Positions 28,553 through 32,000 of a DNA stretch of 32,000 bases are shown here, piece after piece. The translations under genes were made by a program, and so were the position numbers. The stretch comes from Idiomarina loihiensis L2TR (GTDB taxonomy: Bacteria > Pseudomonadota > Gammaproteobacteria > Enterobacterales > Alteromonadaceae). Under the pieces are notes generated by a model. It saw only the letters and a program-made list of their open reading frames with translations, was not told where the DNA came from and did no database searches. The DNA lies in contig NC_006512.1 of the NCBI RefSeq assembly GCF_000008465.1, positions 870,001 through 902,000 on the forward strand. Direction: 5' to 3'. Positions within the stretch are counted from its first letter, which is position 1. Each line of letters begins with the position of its first letter.

Positions 28553-29326
28553 TTATTCCTCTATCCGAGTTTCTATGCCTTGCATTAGCACGGTTAATTG
28601 TTCGCTCGTTAAACCAAAACGGCGTTCCCGTTGCGCAAAATCTGTAATTGCCTGAGCAAAGGCCGTATCGTCAAAATCAGGCCATAATACTGAGGTGAAA
28701 TACAGTTCGGCATAAGCCAGCTGCCATAAAAGAAAGTTACTGATACGATGTTCACCGCCTGTACGAATAAGTAAATCCGGCAAAGGCTGGTCTGCCATCA
28801 TCAATTCGCCTGCTATTGTCTGTTCAGTAATTTCCGCCGGTTCTATTTCACCCGCTTTCACTCTCTCAGCTAATCTACGACTGGCTTGTGTAATATCCCA
28901 CTGACCGCCGTAGTTCGCCGCTATGTTTAGATTGAGTCCGCTGTTACTTCGCGTTTGCTCTTCTGCTTCACTCATGCGCTTTTGCAAACGCTTTGAAAAA
29001 GCCTCTTTGTCACCAACTATGCGCAAGCGAATATCGTTGTCATCTAATTTTTTAATTTCGCTTTTCAGTACTGACATAAACAATTCCATCAATACCGAGA
29101 CTTCAGTTGCCGGACGCTTCCAGTTTTCACTACTGAATGCGAACAAAGTCAGTGACTCAATACCGTTACGGCGAGCAAAAGCAACTGCCTTGCGCACTGC
29201 TTCCGCGCCGGCTTTATGCCCGAAGGTTCTTATTTTACCGCGTTGTTTCGCCCAGCGCCCGTTACCATCCATTATAATGGCAACATGCTTGGGGACTAAC
29301 TGCTCAATTGACGGTAATTCTTTCAT
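28553..29326 (-). CDS. uppS: Ditrans,polycis-undecaprenyl-diphosphate synthase
   Basis: 257 aa with HVAIIMDGNGRWA, TLFAFSSENW.R and RTGGE.RISNFLLWQ.AYAE motifs. Confidence 0.96.
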   Translation of the reverse strand: MKELPSIEQLVPKHVAIIMDGNGRWAKQRGKIRTFGHKAGAEAVRKAVAFARRNGIESLTLFAFSSENWKRPATEVSVLMELFMSVLKSEIKKLDDNDIRLRIVGDKEAFSKRLQKRMSEAEEQTRSNSGLNLNIAANYGGQWDITQASRRLAERVKAGEIEPAEITEQTIAGELMMADQPLPDLLIRTGGEHRISNFLLWQLAYAELYFTSVLWPDFDDTAFAQAITDFAQRERRFGLTSEQLTVLMQGIETRIEE

Positions 29327-29343
29327 TCAATCTGCCGTAAACA

Positions 29344-29380
29344 TTAAAAAACGCCGTGCGAGTATACCTGACACGGCGTC
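29344..29380 (-). terminator. Rho-independent terminator/attenuator downstream of frr
   Basis: The minus strand has an 8-bp GC-rich stem, ACGCCGTG / CACGGCGT, with a 13-nt loop, followed by a TTTTT(T)AATG tract. It lies in the 82-bp frr-uppS gap. Confidence 0.7.
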
Positions 29381-29408
29381 ATAGACCAACGTAGGGACGG
29401 TTTGATGG

Positions 29409-29966
29409 TTAAATTTCCATCAAATCCGCTTCTTTTGCTTTCAGAGCTTCATCAATTTGCTTCACGAATTTATCGGTCAGTTTTTGAATCTCTTCTTCAG
29501 CATTACGTTCTTCGTCTTCAGTAATTTCTTTCTCTTTCAGCAGATCTTTAATATCGCCATTTGCATCGCGACGAATATTACGTACCGCAATACGCCCGTT
29601 CTCAGCTTCGGCACGAACAATTTTAACTAAGTCGCGACGACGCTCTTCTGTCAACGGAGGTAATGGAATACGAATAACTGCGCCTGCTGAGGCCGGATTC
29701 AGACCCAAATCAGAATTAATAATGGCTTTTTCAACTGCCGCTGAAGCTGACTTATCAAACACTGTCAGAGCCAGAGTTCTGGAGTCTTCCGTGGTGATAT
29801 TAGCTAACTGCTTAAGAGGCGTGTCAGTACCGTAATAGTTCACCATGACACTGTCCAGTATGCTTGGATGAGCACGACCCGTACGCACTTTTGACATTTG
29901 ACTGCGCAGCGACTCAACACTTTTTTCCATGCGATCTTTAGCGTCTTCTATAGTTTCTTTTATCAC
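29409..29966 (-). CDS. frr: Ribosome recycling factor
   Basis: 185 aa with a GTG start, colinear with E. coli Frr ([30 protein letters not shown]). Confidence 0.97.
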   Translation of the reverse strand: MIKETIEDAKDRMEKSVESLRSQMSKVRTGRAHPSILDSVMVNYYGTDTPLKQLANITTEDSRTLALTVFDKSASAAVEKAIINSDLGLNPASAGAVIRIPLPPLTEERRRDLVKIVRAEAENGRIAVRNIRRDANGDIKDLLKEKEITEDEERNAEEEIQKLTDKFVKQIDEALKAKEADLMEI

Positions 29967-29997
29967 TGTCTTATACCCTTTTATTCAATAACTGCGT

Positions 29998-30735
29998 TTA
30001 CTCTGCGTTCTTGCTAATCAGTGTACCTTCTTCTTCACCCATTATCACGGCTCGTAAGGCACCCGGCTTATTCATATTAAACACCCGGATAGGCAAAGCG
30101 TGATCACGCGCCAGAGTAAAAGCCGCTAAATCCATTACTTTTAACTGTTTTTCCAGTATATCATCGTAATTAATATGCTTATACAAAGTCGCATCCGGGT
30201 TACTCACCGGGTCATCAGAATATACTCCGTCAACCTTGGTTCCCTTAAGTACGACTTCAGCTTCAATTTCGATACCGCGCAAACAAGCGGCAGAATCTGT
30301 AGTAAAGAACGGATTACCGGTTCCCGCAGAAAATATCACTACACGTCCTGATTTTAGCAAACTGATGGCTTCTGCCCAGTTGTAACTGTCACAAACACCG
30401 GTCAATTCAATAGCTGACATTAAACGTGCGTTAACAAAGGCACGGTGTAAAGCGTCGCGCATAGCCAGGCCATTCATTACAGTGGCCAACATGCCCATGT
30501 GGTCGCCCACAACCCGATTCATACCCGCTTTTGCTAAGCCTTCTCCACGGAATAAGTTACCGCCCCCAATGACTAAACCAACCTGAACCCCAAGTTCAAC
30601 CAATTCTTTAATTTCCTGCGCCATACGATCAAGTACTTTGGCGTCAATACCAAATGGCTCATCTCCCATAAGGGCTTCACCACTGAGTTTTAACAATATG
30701 CGTCGATAACTGGGTTTCGGATGGGTGCTCATCAT
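29998..30735 (-). CDS. pyrH: UMP kinase
   Basis: The start is set at the ATG pair 30735/30732 ([22 protein letters not shown]), with GAGG 5 nt upstream; this matches the E. coli PyrH N-terminus. The track's extension to 30786 would run through the tsf terminator hairpin. Confidence 0.95.
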   Translation of the reverse strand: MMSTHPKPSYRRILLKLSGEALMGDEPFGIDAKVLDRMAQEIKELVELGVQVGLVIGGGNLFRGEGLAKAGMNRVVGDHMGMLATVMNGLAMRDALHRAFVNARLMSAIELTGVCDSYNWAEAISLLKSGRVVIFSAGTGNPFFTTDSAACLRGIEIEAEVVLKGTKVDGVYSDDPVSNPDATLYKHINYDDILEKQLKVMDLAAFTLARDHALPIRVFNMNKPGALRAVIMGEEEGTLISKNAE

Positions 30736-30757
30736 TGCCTCTACTCTTTCCTTTAGT

Positions 30758-30796
30758 TTAAAAAAAACCGCGTCCTGAACGCTCAAGACGCGGTTT
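30758..30796 (-). terminator. Rho-independent terminator/attenuator downstream of tsf
   Basis: The minus strand has a 10-bp stem, AAACCGCGTC / GACGCGGTTT, with a 12-nt loop, followed by a T-tract (TTTTTTTAAAC, the first three T closing the stem). Confidence 0.8.
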
Positions 30797-30835
30797 ATAA
30801 TTTTCTATTTCATGGGGCTGGTCGAGACCACGCTA

Positions 30836-31714
30836 TTAGCCTTTACTCGCTGCCGCCACTTGTGCCTGAACTTCAGAAGCAAAATCTTCTTCTTTACGTT
30901 CAATACCTTCACCCACTTCAAAGCGAACGAAAGTCACAACATCAGCACCAGCTTTCTTCAATAACTCACCAACAGTCATTGATGGATCTTTAACGAAAGG
31001 CTGACCTGTCAGGCTGATTTCGCCGGTAAACTTACGCATACGGCCTTCAACCATTTTTTCAGCAATTTCTTTCGGCTTACCGCTTTGCATTGCGATATCA
31101 ACCTGAATAGAACGCTCTTTTTCTACAACTTCAGCTGCAACGTCTTCAGGCTTAACGAATTGCGGGCTGCTTGCTGCAACATGCATGCACAGGTCACGAG
31201 CCAGATCTTCGTCACCGCCAGTTAAAGCAACAGCAACACCAATGCGGGCACCGTGAGTATAAGTCGCAACAACGTCGCCAGCTTCAAGAGTTTGAACACG
31301 ACGAACGTTCATGTTCTCGCCAATTTTAGCCACTAAATCTTCACGAGTTTTCTCAACAGTCTGACCATCGATGTCAGTTGTTTTTAATGCTTCAACGTCA
31401 TTTTCTTTATTAGCAAATGCTGCGTTGATAACTTTATCACCGAATTCCAGGAAGCTGTCATCGCGAGCAACAAAGTCGGTTTCACAGTTCAGTTCAACCA
31501 AAGTTGCCTGATTACCTTCAGATTTAACTAAGATAACGCCTTCAGCCGCAACACGGCCTGCTTTTTTAGCTGCTTTTGCCTGACCGCTCTTACGCATCAG
31601 TTCAATTGCCGCTTCCATATCACCGTCGACTTCCTGCAATGCTTTCTTGCAGTCCATCATGCCAGCGCCTGTGCGCTCGCGCAGTTCTTTAACTAGAGCT
31701 GCTGTAATAGCCAT
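30836..31714 (-). CDS. tsf: Translation elongation factor Ts
   Basis: 292 aa with the N-terminal UBA-like signature [24 protein letters not shown]. It follows rpsB. Confidence 0.97.
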   Translation of the reverse strand: MAITAALVKELRERTGAGMMDCKKALQEVDGDMEAAIELMRKSGQAKAAKKAGRVAAEGVILVKSEGNQATLVELNCETDFVARDDSFLEFGDKVINAAFANKENDVEALKTTDIDGQTVEKTREDLVAKIGENMNVRRVQTLEAGDVVATYTHGARIGVAVALTGGDEDLARDLCMHVAASSPQFVKPEDVAAEVVEKERSIQVDIAMQSGKPKEIAEKMVEGRMRKFTGEISLTGQPFVKDPSMTVGELLKKAGADVVTFVRFEVGEGIERKEEDFASEVQAQVAAASKG

Positions 31715-31729
31715 GATTCTATTCCTCGA

Positions 31730-32000
31730 TTATTCAGTTGCTTCGACGAAATCGTCTGAGTCTTTCGCTTCAACTTGCGCTGTACGTGCTTCTTTTACCG
31801 CTTCAGCTGCAGTGTTCAAGTATAATTGAACCGCACGGATTGCGTCATCGTTACCTGGAACAATGTAGTCCACACCGTCAGGGTTAGAGTTTGTATCCAC
31901 AACAGAAACAACTGGAATGCCCAGGTTATTTGCTTCTTTAATAGAGATGTGTTCGTGATCTGCGTCGATAACAAACAGAACGTCTGGTAAGCCGCCCATG
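31730..32000 (-). CDS. rpsB: 30S ribosomal protein S2, C-terminal part; the 5' end runs off the window
   Basis: [56 protein letters not shown] aligns to the C-terminal third of E. coli S2. The 'M' at 31999 in the track is internal. Confidence 0.95.
   Translation of the reverse strand, partial: MGGLPDVLFVIDADHEHISIKEANNLGIPVVSVVDTNSNPDGVDYIVPGNDDAIRAVQLYLNTAAEAVKEARTAQVEAKDSDDFVEATE

Noticed and set aside
28923-29384. A 153-aa ORF antisense to uppS. Others of the same kind are 14151-14594 (antisense to qor), 8380-8685 (lysS), 11217-11540 (recJ), 18968-19279 (lpxB), 2883-3158 and 3193-3459 (rpoE), and 6523-7074 (slyD)
   Set aside because: All are Ser/Leu/Arg-rich, low-complexity translations embedded in strongly conserved genes. 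None has an SD or start-codon context that I could support.
30736-30786. N-terminal extensions in the ORF track: pyrH to 30786, rseB to 2174, rseP to 26512
   Set aside because: The extensions overlap the upstream gene or a terminator hairpin and add residues absent from E. coli homologues. Internal starts with an SD or a stop-start overlap fit better.
1-32000. A search for CRISPR arrays, tandem or REP-type repeats, IS ends, toxin-antitoxin pairs and defence-system signatures
   Set aside because: I saw no spaced direct repeats, no terminal inverted repeats flanking ORFs, and no nuclease, helicase or methylase genes outside housekeeping roles (recJ, xerD). Intergenic regions are short (mostly under 100 bp) and are explained by promoters and terminators.

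Overview
This window is a densely packed, almost entirely conserved-core stretch of a gammaproteobacterial chromosome. The protein sequences look like a marine Alteromonadales/Vibrionales-type organism with mid-40s % GC by eye; I cannot name the species. Order, left to right: lepA (5' part) and rseC-rseB-rseA-rpoE on the minus strand, divergent from nadB. Then an sdhE/ygfX-like pair (-), divergent from ygfZ-slyD (+). Then lysS-prfB-recJ-dsbC-xerD (-), with the classic RF2 +1 frameshift in prfB. Next come one 161-aa gene with no family I recognise, and tRNA-Tyr(GTA). A four-gene accessory-looking block follows: PIG3-type quinone oxidoreductase, an orphan REC-TPR response regulator, pirin, and the Xi-class GST YqjG. 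The rest is the envelope/translation supercluster lpxB-lpxA-fabZ-lpxD-skp-bamA-rseP-dxr-cdsA-uppS-frr-pyrH-tsf-rpsB, all on the minus strand. I see no IS elements, integrases, CRISPR arrays, prophage genes or known defence or toxin families. I do not find a convincing novel multi-gene system. The best second-look candidates are (1) the redox gene set around the kinase-less REC-TPR regulator at 14.05-18.54 kb, (2) the unassigned 161-aa protein at 13.3-13.8 kb, and (3) a drastically shortened YgfX (CptA-like) partner of SdhE. All functional calls rest on my recognition of motifs and remembered E. coli homologues; no database search was run.
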